NCBI GenBank assembly: GCA_964016885.1
Contig: OZ024741.1
Coordinates: 309,318,001 to 309,382,000 of the forward strand
Source: Eledone cirrhosa
Lineage: Eukaryota
Reading direction: 5' to 3'
Length of the DNA: 64,000 nucleotides
Part shown: piece after piece, positions 46,617 to 59,872 of the stretch
Layout: each line of letters starts with the position of its first letter
How positions within the stretch are numbered: the stretch's first letter is position 1
Notes under the pieces: generated by a model
Seen by the model: only the letters and a program-made list of their open reading frames with translations
Told to the model about the DNA's origin: nothing
The model's database searches: none
Translations under genes and position numbers: made by a program

Positions 46617-47402
46617 CAATATATATATATATACACACACACACACGCCTTGGTAGGTATAAAGTCTAAAGTAGAGCAGATTGGTGTTGCCCAGGTGTAC
46701 TGCCATTCACATTAATATTTAGAGGGCTCTTAGCAGTATATGTGTAGTGCTTGTAAATGATATTTTTGGAATTTCCTAAAACGTTTGTCACCTGCAATCT
46801 TCTTTCTCACATCCCTCTTTTATCATACCTAAGGCGCCAAAGATAATTGAGTCTGTTTTCGTTTTAAGAACCACATCTTTTCGACCTCTATCTCTAGGTT
46901 TTTGTAATTGCTTAGTTTTGTAAAAGCTTTTACTGATCTGTTTGTGTCTGATATGTGGCTCATATCAATTAATCTGTAGGTTTTATATTTCATGACCTTG
47001 ATGATGACGATATCTGTTCTATTTGGATTCGCGGTATCGGTAGAGGGTCGGGTGCCATGCTTTGCAGCAAATAGTTACGGCCCTTTATGGTCTGAGTTCA
47101 AATCCCGACGAGGTTAACTTTGCCTTTCATTCTTACGGGGTCGATAAAATAAAGTACCAGTAATGCACTGGGGTCAATTTAATCGACTTTCCCCTCCCCA
47201 AAAATGTCTGGCCATCTGCTTAAAGTGGAAACAATTATTATTATTATTATCGACCCCGTAAGGATGAAAGGCAAAGTTAACGCCGAGGTTAACTTTGCCT
47301 TTCATCCTTACGGGGTCGATAAAATAAAGTACCAGTAATGTACTGATATTTGCTGGCCTTGTGCCAAAAGTAAAAACAATTATTATTATTATTATTATTA
47401 TT

Positions 47403-50400
47403 GGCGACCTACGTAGGAAATCGTATTATCGTGAGCTCCGCAAAGGTTTGTTGTTTTCAGTTGTTTAAAATTGCCATTTATGGAAAAAAATGTTATTGTT
47501 AACTGTATATAAGTGCACATACATTGTTTTCTGAAAAGGACACTCAAAAAGATTGGGGCCTTGAGCCCAAAATTTAAACTTTTATAATTATCAAACAAAA
47601 ATTTCTTTGAAAAAAAATTATGGACGACTCACAGTCACACTTTCCTCACAAACTAACACCTCACACCGACACCACCATTGTAAATATTACTACGTTTGCC
47701 AACACTAAAAATATAAGCAGTAGCAATAATTTAAATTTGTCTCATGCAGACATTCATTTCCCGCCATTACCAATGACTGCAGGTGTTGAAGCCGCCACTC
47801 CCACCACCACCACAGCGACAACAGAAACAAAATAAAAAATTAAAAAATTATCTCGTGACATCGAAATGAATTCACCCAAAATCGACGCTTCGACACCGAA
47901 CACCACTGACGCCACTACTACCACAACTGAAACTAAAAATAACAATAACAAAAATAACGATAACAACAACAGCAAGAACAACAATGAGAATAAGAAAACC
48001 ACCCTGTCGTTTGCCAGAGTAGCAAAAAAGTGCGAAGCAATCCAGGTAACTCAGGAGGAATTAGATGAGGCCAAGAGAATGGTAAAGAAAGATAGGTACA
48101 GGGTCAGTCTCACCCCCCACCGACTTTACACTCGTCCCAAGCTATTGTGGCCAGAGACTCGTGAAGATCAGGGTTCCACCGGCCATCGAAATTCCCTGGC
48201 TAATGGCTGCCGTCCTCGCCGTCATCGAGGCCAACACCAAGATAATCGAAATAGCGAAAGAAAAGCAGGAGAACTAGTCCGGATCTGGGATGGAGCTCCT
48301 GATCCAAGCGGACCAAAAAAGCATTGAGGAGATCCCAGAGGTAATAGACCTCACTGACGGCAGCCACCTTACCGTAATCGTCGAGGGCAGAAGGCCTAGG
48401 TGTGTCGTTTGTGGTGAGGGAACCCACCTAAGGGCTTTCTGCCCTCAGGCTAAAATGTTTAGGCCACCTCTCTTACCCACCCCAGTGACTCAACCATCAA
48501 CACCACCAGCAGCAGAAATGGCAGCAACAACTGTAGCAGCAACAACAGAAGCAACTGTAACAGCAACAACCCCAGCAACAGTAGCATAACCAACACCACC
48601 ACCACCCAACGCGCCAGAACTAGCACCAACGCCTACACTATCCATCACGCCACAACCAAAATCAACGCCTGTGGAAGATTCTCCACTCCCCGACCTATCG
48701 CAACTGGAGACAGATTGTGACGACGAGGAGTGGGAAACGGTATCAGGAAAAAAGAAAAAAAGAAAAAAAGCCAAAAAAGAAAAAATCCTCTTCCTTCCCC
48801 CTCCAAAAACAAAATACAGAGGGAAACAAATAAACTATCAAACAAAAAGGTTAGGACAGCTATGCCACCATCCACACCAGCATCACCAACCCCATCACCA
48901 CAAACACCAACACCATCACCATCATTAATCCCAACACCACAAAAGTCACCAAAAAGCGAAACAGAAACAAACCCACAACAAATGCAAACAAAACAAAACA
49001 ACCAAAACGATACACACTACACAGCATTAAATTTGAACAACAACCAATTATTACACTACATCCAACACAACACCAGCATCACAGAAAAAGACTACACAAC
49101 AACCCAAAAGTTCACACCAGCTCCACACATACAAATCACTCGCATCACACAGAAAACGTACACGACACTAAAACAAAAATTCCCCAAAGACATCGGAGAC
49201 TTCCGACAAGCACTCTCCAGGGCGATTTATAAGGACATCTTTCCTGAGGAGGCCACAAGCAGTGAAAAGGATGGAGAAACCGTCCTTCCTCTACGAGAAG
49301 TAAGGTAAGTGGTCTTTCCCATCTTTTCCACTCCATTTCAACATGATCTCACTCAGAATAGGCAGCATAAATGCGCGTGGTTTGGGGTCGTCATGGAAGC
49401 AGGGCCACCTGCTCAACTACCTCAGGTCACTAAACATAGATGTAGTGGCCATCAGCGAGACCAGAATCTCTGAAGCACGGGCCTTCGCACCGATCTTCGG
49501 CGGCTACGATGTGTACGCATCTCCCAGCCGTCCTGGATCGGGCGGAGGAGTTGCTGTGCTTTTTCGGAGAGGTTTGGATCTCGCCATACGGGCCATCTTC
49601 CTGGACCCAGAAGGTAAGTTGGTGGTGCTGGACGTGACCAGCGGAGACGGGCAAGCTTTCAGGCTAGTGGCTGTCTATGCCCCGACAGGAGCAGGGCGGC
49701 CTGATTTCTTCCGGCGTCTGGAGACCTTTCTTGGAACGTCCCGCTCTTTAGTGTTAGTGGGCGACTGGAACGGAATCTTAGATGCACGCTGGGACTGTGT
49801 GGTATTAGCGGATAGGGGAGGAGGGTGCAAGAGTCTCACCAATCTGCTCAGACGTTTTGAACTGTCTGACAGGTACCGATTGGATTTCCCGAATGTGCCA
49901 AAGTGGACTTGGACAAACCGCATAGGGTCATTCAGATCATATCTAGATAGAGTATTTTGTAGGGAAATAGATAGGTCTAACATAGGCTGTCCACAATTCA
50001 AGATAGTCAGCTACACGGACCACAAATTCGTGATCTGTATGCTTGACTTAGATAGGCTTCATAGACGAGGACCCGGCTACTGGAAGCTAAACGCGTCCTT
50101 ACCAGCGCGCAAGGCCTACAGAGACCGGATTAGCGAACTAGTTAAGCGGGCGTTGACGGGGGCCATCTTCAACAACAAGTGGTGGTTTGCTCTGAAAAGA
50201 GCAATTAGAATAGAGTCCATTAGGTTTAGTAAGGCTTTAGCAATAGAGAAAAATAGAGCAGAGGGAGAATTAGTTAGAAAATTAGACAAGGCGCTTAGCA
50301 AAGGCATCGCGACCGACGTACTTGCGGCGAAATTGGCTGCGTTGTCAGAGCTAGGGTGCGTGCTCTCAGACACGAGGGGAGGAAAGCCGTTCAATGGGCC

Positions 50401-52958
50401 CGAGTGGCGGAGGCGCGTCGTGGCAACAAAGCCACGATCCGGTCTTTGGTGGACCACGACGAGCGCATGCAACTCGATCCCGGGCAAATGTGTGAAGCTT
50501 TTCAGCGACACTTCGCACAGCTGTTCGAGGGATGGACTTTAATGTTTACCTCGACGGACTGCCGCGGCTCTCGGCCACTGAGGCGGAGTGTTGCGAAAAG
50601 CCGATAACAGCCGCTGAAGTACGGGAGGTAATGACTGGCTGCACAAGGGGTAAATCGCCTGGTTTGGATGGTCTGCCCTATGAACTTTACGTACAGATGC
50701 CAGACTTTTTCGGAGGCCTCTTGGCGGACGTCTACTGTAACTGGCAACAGAACGGGAGAATTCCCAGCTCTGTGAGCCGAGGAGCTGTGGCGCTGCTGAG
50801 AAAGGATCCGAACAAGGGGGATAACATAGATAATTTCAGGCCCATAACTCTGCTAAACACAGAGTTCAAGATTTTGGCCAAGGTGCTAGCAAAGAGGTTG
50901 GCGCTTGTCGTTGGTGGTCTGGTGGGAGAGGCGCAAACGTGCGCCATTCCCGACAGATCCATCCACGACAACCTCCACCTCATGCGATACATCGTAGAGA
51001 GGGTAGCTAGGGAACCTGGCACGGGTGGGTCCTTGATCAATTTAAATCAGTCGAAAGCTTTCGATAGGGTCGACCATCGTTACCTAACGGCAGTCCTGAG
51101 GGCGGCTGGCTTTGGGCCCGTCTTCAGAGGCTGGATCGCTGCCATGCACAGCGACATCTGCTCTGTGGTGAGAGTGAACGGTCATCTTTCGGAACCGTTC
51201 AACATCATGCGCTCGGTCCGCCAAGGATGTCCCCTCTCGTCCCTCTTGTACGTATTGACTCTCGAGCCATTACTGCACAAACTGGAGACGTTGAGGGGGG
51301 TCCCGCGCGAACTAGGATGCGGAAGATCCGTGTCAGCATATGCGGACGATGTCACCGTAGTGGTGTCGAACGCCAAACACATCGAGGCGATCGGCACTAC
51401 ACTAAGAGAATACGAAGCGGTGACAGGAGCAATGATCAACCAGGAAAAGTCAGTGGGCCTGCAGCTCGGCACCTGGAGAGGCAGGTCCATGCCGTCCAAC
51501 AGCGTCGTCGGGCGCTGGACGGACGGACCGGTTAAATTTCTAGAGGGTCTGGTTCGGTCCGGACCTCCAGACGGACAAAAACTGTGACGAGGTGACGAGC
51601 AGGGTGGCTTCTCTCACCCAGAAATGGGCGGAGAGGAAGCTATCCCTGAAAGGTCGAGCGGAGGTGGCTAACGCGTACATCGTGTCCGTCATCTACTACC
51701 GCCTGACCGTCGTACCTTGTCCTAAGCCCCACCTGACTGCACTGGAGCGTTTGCTCTTTCGCTTTTTGTGGAAGGGACGCGTTCCGATTGTCAGGTGGTC
51801 CATCTGCTGTCAACACCCGCTACGTGGAGGGCTGGGCAGGCCGTGGCTGATGATGCGCAGACACGCGCTCAGGTTACGACATCTTCACCTCTTCCTCCAC
51901 GGTGATCGGGTGTGGTCGCCGTTTGCTAGACACGTCTTTCCCCAGCTCGTCTCCTTGACGGAGCTGCAGTCCTGGGTCAAGCGAAGACCGAGAGGAAGCG
52001 CTTGGAGACTGGAATGTCTTCAGGCGCTCACAGCCCTCGACCAATCGGGCAATGTGATCGGTGGAAACTACACCTTGGCGTTCTATAGAGGATTAGTGGA
52101 GGGGAAGAGCGGCGACGTACTTGGAGAAACTCTAGGCGTCGACGAAAATCAACTAGCCAATCTCTTCGGAAGAACTTTCGGGCCGGGGCCTATGGACAAC
52201 TTCCAGAAATCTCTGGCCTGGCAGTGCTACCGAGGAGCTTTGCCAGTTCGCGATAAACTCTACAAGCATGGAGGTGCCGTCAGTCGGGCATGTCCGAGAT
52301 GCGCGCAGGGCGATGAAACCGTCCTGCACGCACTCGTCCAGTGTCCGAGCATTGCTGACTTCTGAGTTTATGTCGAACACCTGCTGTCACGTGTAGGACG
52401 GATCCAGCTATCAGCTGAGTCCATCGTGAGCATTACTCCGCCCTCTTCCTTTAGCCGGGAATGGCAGGCAGTTTTTATCTGTCTGGTGGCCATGGCGAAA
52501 GAGATAGTACGGTGGACACGTTTGAAAGGGCTGAAGACGAGCACTTACCTCTTCAGTGATGCCCTGATTAACTTTTTCAAATTTCATTTGAAAAGGAAAA
52601 TCAGGGTAGAGAGGAAAGTGCTCTCTTCCCAGCATTTTGTTGAAAGATGGGTGAGAGAAGCAAGAATGGCCCGAGTGAATGGGCCTACTCTGAGTATGTG
52701 TCTGTAAATTAAAGGTGGAAAATTGGGAGAGGGCACTTGCCCTGGTGGTCAGGGTCACTGTGGCTTTTTAATGGGCTTTCTCCACAAATGTCCCTCGGAA
52801 GTCTCCCCCTATTGGAGAATTTGTCATTGTTATTTTTTTATTACATCCTCTGTTTTTGTTTTTTTTACACGCAGAAATGCCAATTTGTACCGTCCTGTAT
52901 TGTCCTGTACTGTCCTTAATGTCTACTTTATGTAAACCCTTGTGGTTAATAAAGAAAG

Positions 52959-52959
<1 letters not shown>
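47403..52959 (+). mobile_element. Full-length Tx1-clade LINE (ORF1 and ORF2 both disrupted) in an (ATT)n tract
   Basis: ORF1 pieces 47620-49308 include a CCHC knuckle CVVCGEGTHLRAFC. ORF2 49343-52707 has an APE endonuclease (INARG, SET, GDWN, YLDR, TDH), RT (QGCPLS, YADD) and CPRC..H...C. Frameshifts near 50330, 50530 and 51540, stop at 52363. (ATT)n on both sides. Confidence 0.95.
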
Positions 52960-53016
<57 letters not shown>

Positions 53017-53843
53017 CCCGCCGAGGTTGACTTTGCCTTTCATCCTTACGGCGTCGTTAAAATAAAGTACCAGTAATACACTGGTGAATTGCTGGCCTTA
53101 TGCCTAAAGTAGAAACAATTATTATTATTATTATTATTATTATTATTGCATACATCATTCAGTACATCAACACCTACCTGAATTATCTAAATTCATGTCA
53201 TCGACCGGTTTGAAATATTTCCCTTAGCTCAGTCTTTTTTTTTTTTATTGTACATAGACAACATAACGCCTCATTGACAAAGTATGGATAACGAGAAAGG
53301 CAATAATACTTAGTAATTCACTTTACAAATCGGCCTCAAGGTTCATTAATATTCATACTTTGTGGTTTTTAATCTAAAACCAAACGACAGAAGCTATGAA
53401 TTGTTAAGTGAATATAAAAGATTTTATTAACGGTCAACAGTTTCGTAAATATTCATACATGTTTGGTAGAAAATGCAGAAGATGAGTGGATAATAAATAA
53501 AAAACATTATTCTATCACATACACAACCACCACCACTATCACCACCACCACCATCACCTCTACCTTTCTTCTTACTAAATATTTTAGTAAACAAAGATGA
53601 GAAAGACGACACAGTAGCCAAATAAAATGTACCATCCTTACTTGCTTGATATATATATATTATGCACACACGCACACATACACACACATATATATATATA
53701 TATATGTGTGTGTGTACATACATACATATATATATATATATCTGTGTGTGTGTACATACATACATATATATATGTGTGTGTGGGTACATACATATATATA
53801 TATATATATATATGTATACATACATATATGTATATATATATAC

Positions 53844-53915
<72 letters not shown>

Positions 53916-54041
53916 GTCTGTCTTTCTCCCTTTCTCTTTCCCTCTTTCTCTTCCACTCCATTTTTACTTCCTGCTTGTAAAAAATTATTTCTTCCCCTTC
54001 TTGCTTTTGTCTAGCTTTCTATTTCACTGTTTTCGCATGTA

Positions 54042-54153
54042 TACAGGTTGTGTCCTAAAAATGTATACACACTTTGATTACCCGTACAGGCAATATTTAT
54101 TAGAATGCTAGAATGCTGTTGAAGTGTGGATACATTTTTGGAGACACTCTGTA
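54042..54153. mobile_element. Small Tc1/mariner-type MITE
   Basis: TA-CAGG.TGTGTCCTAAAAATGTATACACACTT ... AAGTGTGGATACATTTTTGGAGACACTCTG-TA imperfect TIRs. Confidence 0.7.
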
Positions 54154-54185
54154 TACATATACATATAATATATATATATATATGC

Positions 54186-54259
<74 letters not shown>

Positions 54260-54572
54260 CAAGAAAGAAGAGTGACATGGTTTGCTATACAATAAGGGCT
54301 TTATTCACATTGCTGACAATTGTTTCTCTGAACTGGTAGGTCTAGAGATCGCTAGACCTACCAGTTCAGTATAGCGAACCATGTCACTCTTCTTTCTTGA
54401 TTTATTATTACTCCAAGAGTAAACTACATAGAAATCACCGCGTACTCGCAGCATCACTATGGAAACGTCTTGTTGAGTCAAACTTAACCAAGCGTTAATA
54501 CTATCCACTACTCGGAGTACCCTAACTGGACTACATCTAAGTGGACTACCTATAACAATAATTTGTTATCCC

Positions 54573-54670
<98 letters not shown>

Positions 54671-54875
54671 GTATGACCCCGACGGCAGAGCTCAAGCCGT
54701 TTCGACGGCTATTTCTGTAAAAAATTCTAATTTAGTCCAGAAATAGCCGTCGAAACGGCTTGAGCTCTGCCGTCAGGGTCATACCTTTTCCTATTACCCA
54801 CTCTACTATCCAAAGTATCGAGTACTCTGGTGCGTTATGGTCCATCTGGTTCCTTACCACAATTCCTTTGTTATA
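54671..54875 (+). mobile_element. Putative PLE end with a 47-bp fold-back containing the 3' half of a hammerhead
   Basis: Arms 54671-54717 and 54738-54784. GAAA-CGGC-9nt-GCCG-TC at 54752-54774. Sister structure at about 56180-56383. Confidence 0.65.
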
Positions 54876-55088
54876 TATATATAGGAATGAAAAATGGCGT
54901 GCTGTGTTGTTGCAAATTTGATATAAAAAATTGAAATGAAGAATTAGAAATAGAAGCCAGGACTATCCATTATCAGTGGTCTACTAGCCATCATAGGTAT
55001 TTCTTCGCATTAAAGACCAGATACCTCAGGCTAGTGCGAACAATAACTGAAATAAGTTATTGGGATAAAAAGAATTGGGTGGAGAAAG

Positions 55089-55129
<41 letters not shown>

Positions 55130-55393
55130 GGAAAAAATGAAACGAAATTTCATTTCTCACACTTAGTACGCTGTTACTTAAATATAAGTATGTATACGTA
55201 CATACATATATGTATACAGACGTACAGTAGTATGTATATATATATATACATACATGCACACATATATATATGTGCGTATGGATTCACCGAACATTTATTA
55301 TAATGCTCGGTGTATTTGTAAACAAACATTCCGAATTAAGCCGTACAGTGTCTAGCAACCATCGTTGCTCATTTGTTCAACACTGACAAAGGA

Positions 55394-55436
55394 ACGCTGT
55401 ACTAGTTTCAAGCTTATTAGCTATCGTCAGCAACGT
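55394..55436 (-). ncRNA. Minimal type I hammerhead ribozyme
   Basis: Exact reverse complement of 55848-55890. Confidence 0.75.
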
Positions 55437-55847
55437 ATACCGTCCTGCTAGATGGTTGAACGTCTGAAAGTATATACTTTCCTTATGCATATTAACGGCT
55501 GAGCAGCCTAATTTGCATATCGAGTGAGTTAATCAGCCGGGGTACCGAAAACGATAAACGGAAAAAATGAAACGAAATTTCATTTCTCACTCTTTGTACG
55601 GCTGTTACTTAAATATAAGTACGTATACGTACATACATATATGTATACAGACGTACAGTAGTATGTATATATACATACATGCACACATATATATATGTAC
55701 GTATGGATACACCGAACATTTATTATAATGCTCGGTGTGTTTGTAAACAAACATCCCGAATTAAGCCGTACAGTGTCTAGCAACCATCGTTGCTCATTTG
55801 TTCAACACTGACAAAGTATACCTTCCTGCCAGATGGCAGGAAGGTAT

Positions 55848-55890
55848 ACGTTGCTGACGATAGCTAATAAGCTTGAAACTAGTACAGCGT
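55848..55890 (+). ncRNA. Minimal type I hammerhead ribozyme
   Basis: ACGTTG-CTGACGA-T-AGCT-AATA-AGCT-T-GAAA-CTAG-TA-CAGCGT: 6-bp stem I, 4-bp stem II, palindromic ACTAGT stem III, GUA cleavage triplet. Confidence 0.75.
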
Positions 55891-56139
55891 TCCTTTGTCA
55901 GTGTTGAACAAATGAGCAACGATGGTTGCTGGACACTACGGCTTAATTCGGAATGTTTGTTTACAAACACACCAAGCATTATAATAAATGTTCGGTGAAT
56001 CCATACGTACATATATATATATGTATGCATGTATGTATATATATATACATACTACTGTACGTCTGTATACATATATGTATGTACGTATACATACTTACAT
56101 ATATATATAAATACATATATATATATGTATGTATGTATG

Positions 56140-56182
<43 letters not shown>

Positions 56183-56384
56183 CGAAGGAAGTGTGGTAAA
56201 GAACCAGGTGGACCATCACGCATGAGAGTACTCATTACTTAGGGTAGTAGAGTGGGTAATAGGGAATTGTTCAAGACCCCGACAGCAGAGCACAAGCCGT
56301 ATCGACAGCTATATCTGGACCAGACCAGAAATAGCCGTCTAAACGGCTTGAGCTCTGCCGTCGGGGTCTTGAACAATATCCTAT

Positions 56385-56419
<35 letters not shown>

Positions 56420-56681
56420 AACTTTGGGAGGGTCATACTGCCAATAAAACACATGCACCAGTTGGTTTTCACTTCAATTGATTATAAATTTCCAGTTGGT
56501 CAGTTTAATAACCGGATGGTCTTTTATTTGTTTATTGTAAAAGCTCTTTTGTCACACATTTTGCGACCTCCACAGTGACTAATTTGTTAGTTATTTTCTG
56601 TCTCTCCTTTGTTCTGCTCTGCACGATCTTGTTTTTGTGAGCTATGTTCTGTGCACTTGGGTTACGCATGTGTTATATCCA

Positions 56682-56682
<1 letters not shown>
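56420..56682 (-). mobile_element. Older 3'-end copy of PLE family 2
   Basis: Colinear similarity to 17978-18270 (GGGAGGGTCAT..GCCAATAA..GCACCAGTTG..GACCTC..CAGTGACT). Confidence 0.8.
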
Positions 56683-56714
<32 letters not shown>

Positions 56715-56762
56715 CTTCACTGTGGTGGATCTTCAAACAGTAAACATACATTTTTATATATA

Positions 56763-56812
<50 letters not shown>

Positions 56813-57595
56813 GCTATGGTCACTGGGGCCCGTCTATCGGTCGCTGTATTTGCAAAGCTGTCTAAACGTAATGTTATAACTCTAGGGATTATTCCCTATT
56901 GAGTGCTTAGCTGCACACCGAAACTGCATTCGTTAGCTTGGCTGCATCCAAAAGCTTCTTTGATGCTGTGCTAAAATGTGTATATATATATATATATACA
57001 CGACTCTTTGCCTATTTCCTATTATCCACTCTACTTCCCTAAGTATCGAGTACTCTGGTGCGTTATGGTCCACCTGGTTCCTTACCACACTTTCTTTGTG
57101 TATATATATACAGAGGGGGAGAGAGATAGGGCCCCGTAACTTCTGACAGAATCGTAGGGGTGCAGTATTGCCATACGACGTTTCTTGGATATTTTAAGTC
57201 TGGCGAAGGCCATTCCTCGCCAGACTTGCGTACTAGGATTAGCTTTGCCTTTCATCCTTACGAGGTCAGTAAAATAAAGTACCAGTAATGTACTGAGATA
57301 GGTTTAATCCACTTTCCCTTTTCCTTCAAATTACTGGCCGTATGCCAAATGTAGAAATAATTATTAAGGGTGTTGGTTCAGCAACATAAGTAGAGCGTTG
57401 GCTGAAATGTCATTGCCGTATTTGTTTTTGCTCTCTACATTCTGAGTTCAAATCCTGTCGAGGTCAACTTTACCTTAGGACGGTAATTGGTACGGTCGTT
57501 AGAGTGTCAGAGAAATGCTTAGCAGTATTTGTTTCGGCTCTTTATGTTCCGAGGTCAACTTTGCCTTTCACCTTTCCAGATTGATAAAATAAAAC

Positions 57596-57802
57596 TGTCG
57601 GCTAAAAGGTTCATAGGCTGAAAAGTTCATAAGCTGACCAAGATACTTTCATAGGATGACCAAATGAGTTTTATTTTTCAATATAGTCCCTGGAAAGAAA
57701 AAAATGCAGTTAATAAAATTTGAAATTAATGCACGCGAGATTTCGCAGTTCTAGCATCACTCCTTCATAGTTAGCCTATGAACTTTTCAGCCGACCGTCG
57801 TA
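57596..57802. mobile_element. Mariner-type MITE splitting a SINE A
   Basis: GTCGGCTAAAAGGTTCATAGGCT ... AGCCTATGAACTTTTCAGCCGAC. The SINE resumes with AAAGTACCAGT. Confidence 0.75.
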
Positions 57803-58303
57803 AAGTACCAGTCAAGTACTGAGTCCATTTAATCGACTCTATCCCTCCCAATTGATAACTTTGTGCCAATGTCACAAAGAATTATCATTGTTGTTCATGT
57901 TAAACGTTTTTCTTGCGATTGCTGTTATTTCTAAAGGTTGTTTTGTTTTTTTGTTGCTGTTATTGTTGGCAAATGAATTACAGATAAAATGCAGCGATGT
58001 GCACTAAAGTGTGCATCAATTGGCAATAAGGAAGTCAGTCACTCTCTACTAAAACAGACATTAAAAACGAAAACAACGACAAAAAAATCTACTTGAAAGT
58101 GCATCAATCTTCGTGGAAAGGCCACAGAGATTAAGAGTAAAGATGTTAAGAGGGTGGCAGTCTGCTGTCATTCTTCTCCACCTTCTCTTGTTTATTATCT
58201 TCTTTATCTAGATCTGATTGTCATCGGTATCATATCCACCTCCACTATCGTCATTGTCGTCATTTGCACCGTCAGCAGCAGCAGCAACAGTAGCAGCAGT
58301 ATG

Positions 58304-58334
<31 letters not shown>

Positions 58335-58647
58335 CCACCACTAACAGCAACATGCCCATCATTAACATGACATCATCATCAATCATCAATCATCAATCAC
58401 CGTCATCGTCATCATGATCGCATCATCATCATCTTATCACCACCACTACAACTACAACCACCATCAGCATCATTTCCATCATCAACTTTATCCTCCTCCT
58501 TCTCCTCATGCTTATCATCATCATCATCATCATCATCATCATCTTTATCATCACCATCATCATCTCTTCTACCTGATCATTTGATCTGCTAGAAACAACA
58601 GCCAAATCTCCCTCACGTCAACCACCACTGTGTTACAATTGGAAGAA

Positions 58648-58877
58648 AACGTGTATCCATGATAATTGTTTCTACTTTAGGCACAAGGCCAGCAATTATC
58701 CCAGTGCATTACTGGTACTTTATTTTATCTACCCCGTAAGGATGAAAGGCAAAGTTAACCTCGGCGGGATTTGAACTCAGAATGGCAAGGGCGGTAACTC
58801 CATGCGTCAAAGCATGGCGTCAGACCCTCTACCGATACTGGCAATCCAACGCCAATCCAACGTGTATCCATGATAAT
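58648..58877 (-). mobile_element. SINE A with perfect 19-bp target-site duplication
   Basis: AACGTGTATCCATGATAAT at 58648-58666 and 58859-58877. Confidence 0.92.
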
Positions 58878-59194
58878 GTAGTTATATAATATACCTTAAA
58901 CGGATTCTGTACTCGACCTCTGTCGGTTCCGACGATAAGTGTTCCAGTTGTTTGACCAATGGAACAACCTGCTCATGAAATTAACTTGCATGTCGTTGAG
59001 CATTCCACATACACGCCCACTCTTAAGGTAATTCTCAGGGAGAGCCAACGTGACACAATGTGTGACAAGGTTGGCTCTTTGAATCATAGGTACAACTCAT
59101 TTTTTCTAGGTGAGTTTGACTGGAAAAAAGTGAAATAAAGTGTCTTACTCAAGGGCACAACGCACCGCCGGAAATCGAACTCACAACCTTAACC

Positions 59195-59440
59195 ACAAAA
59201 CATGGCAGTATCACTTATACGGAATGAAATCATCACTACTTAAAAACCTGTCGATACTCAGAAATGACCTGGGTCCAATCAACAACTACGACCTTCATCA
59301 ACAACACAACTCCCAGCTATACATATCTGATGAGATTCTTATAAGAACTGAAACCAATCGGAGAGATCCCTCTTTTTCTGTCCACAAAGACATTGTATAA
59401 GAGAAAGTTATTTGCCTGTGTATTTCACCCCTTTTAATTT
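59195..59440 (+). mobile_element. Old PLE-like 3' remnant with decayed hammerhead core
   Basis: CTGATGA-GA-TTCT-TATA-AGAA-CT-GAAACCAATC at 59327-59359. Confidence 0.4.
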
Positions 59441-59562
59441 ACACACACTTGCGCTGTCAGCTGTTAGCAGCGTCAACAAAAAAGAAAATACTCTGCTTAA
59501 TGCGTCAGTAATGCGTTAATACCTATCGGTCTGTTCATCCATCCCTCATTAATCTATTTCAA

Positions 59563-59616
<54 letters not shown>

Positions 59617-59699
59617 CTGTCCACCTACCCATATGCACGCATCTTACCTTCTTAACTCTCCACTTGACTCACTATATATATATATATACTGTATATATT

Positions 59700-59791
<92 letters not shown>

Positions 59792-59872
59792 CGTGTGTAT
59801 CAATCTAACTATCTCTGTATCTATATCCCTATCTAACTATCTATCAACTTTATATCAATTTACCTCTCTATC

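Larger units (their letters stand above)
55127..56100. mobile_element. 429-bp hammerhead-containing unit: one full copy, a partial direct copy and an inverted partial copy (PLE pLTR or retrozyme-like)
   Basis: AAACGGAAAAAATGAAACG starts at 55127 and 55556. 55837-56100 is the reverse complement of about 55180-55447. Confidence 0.85.
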
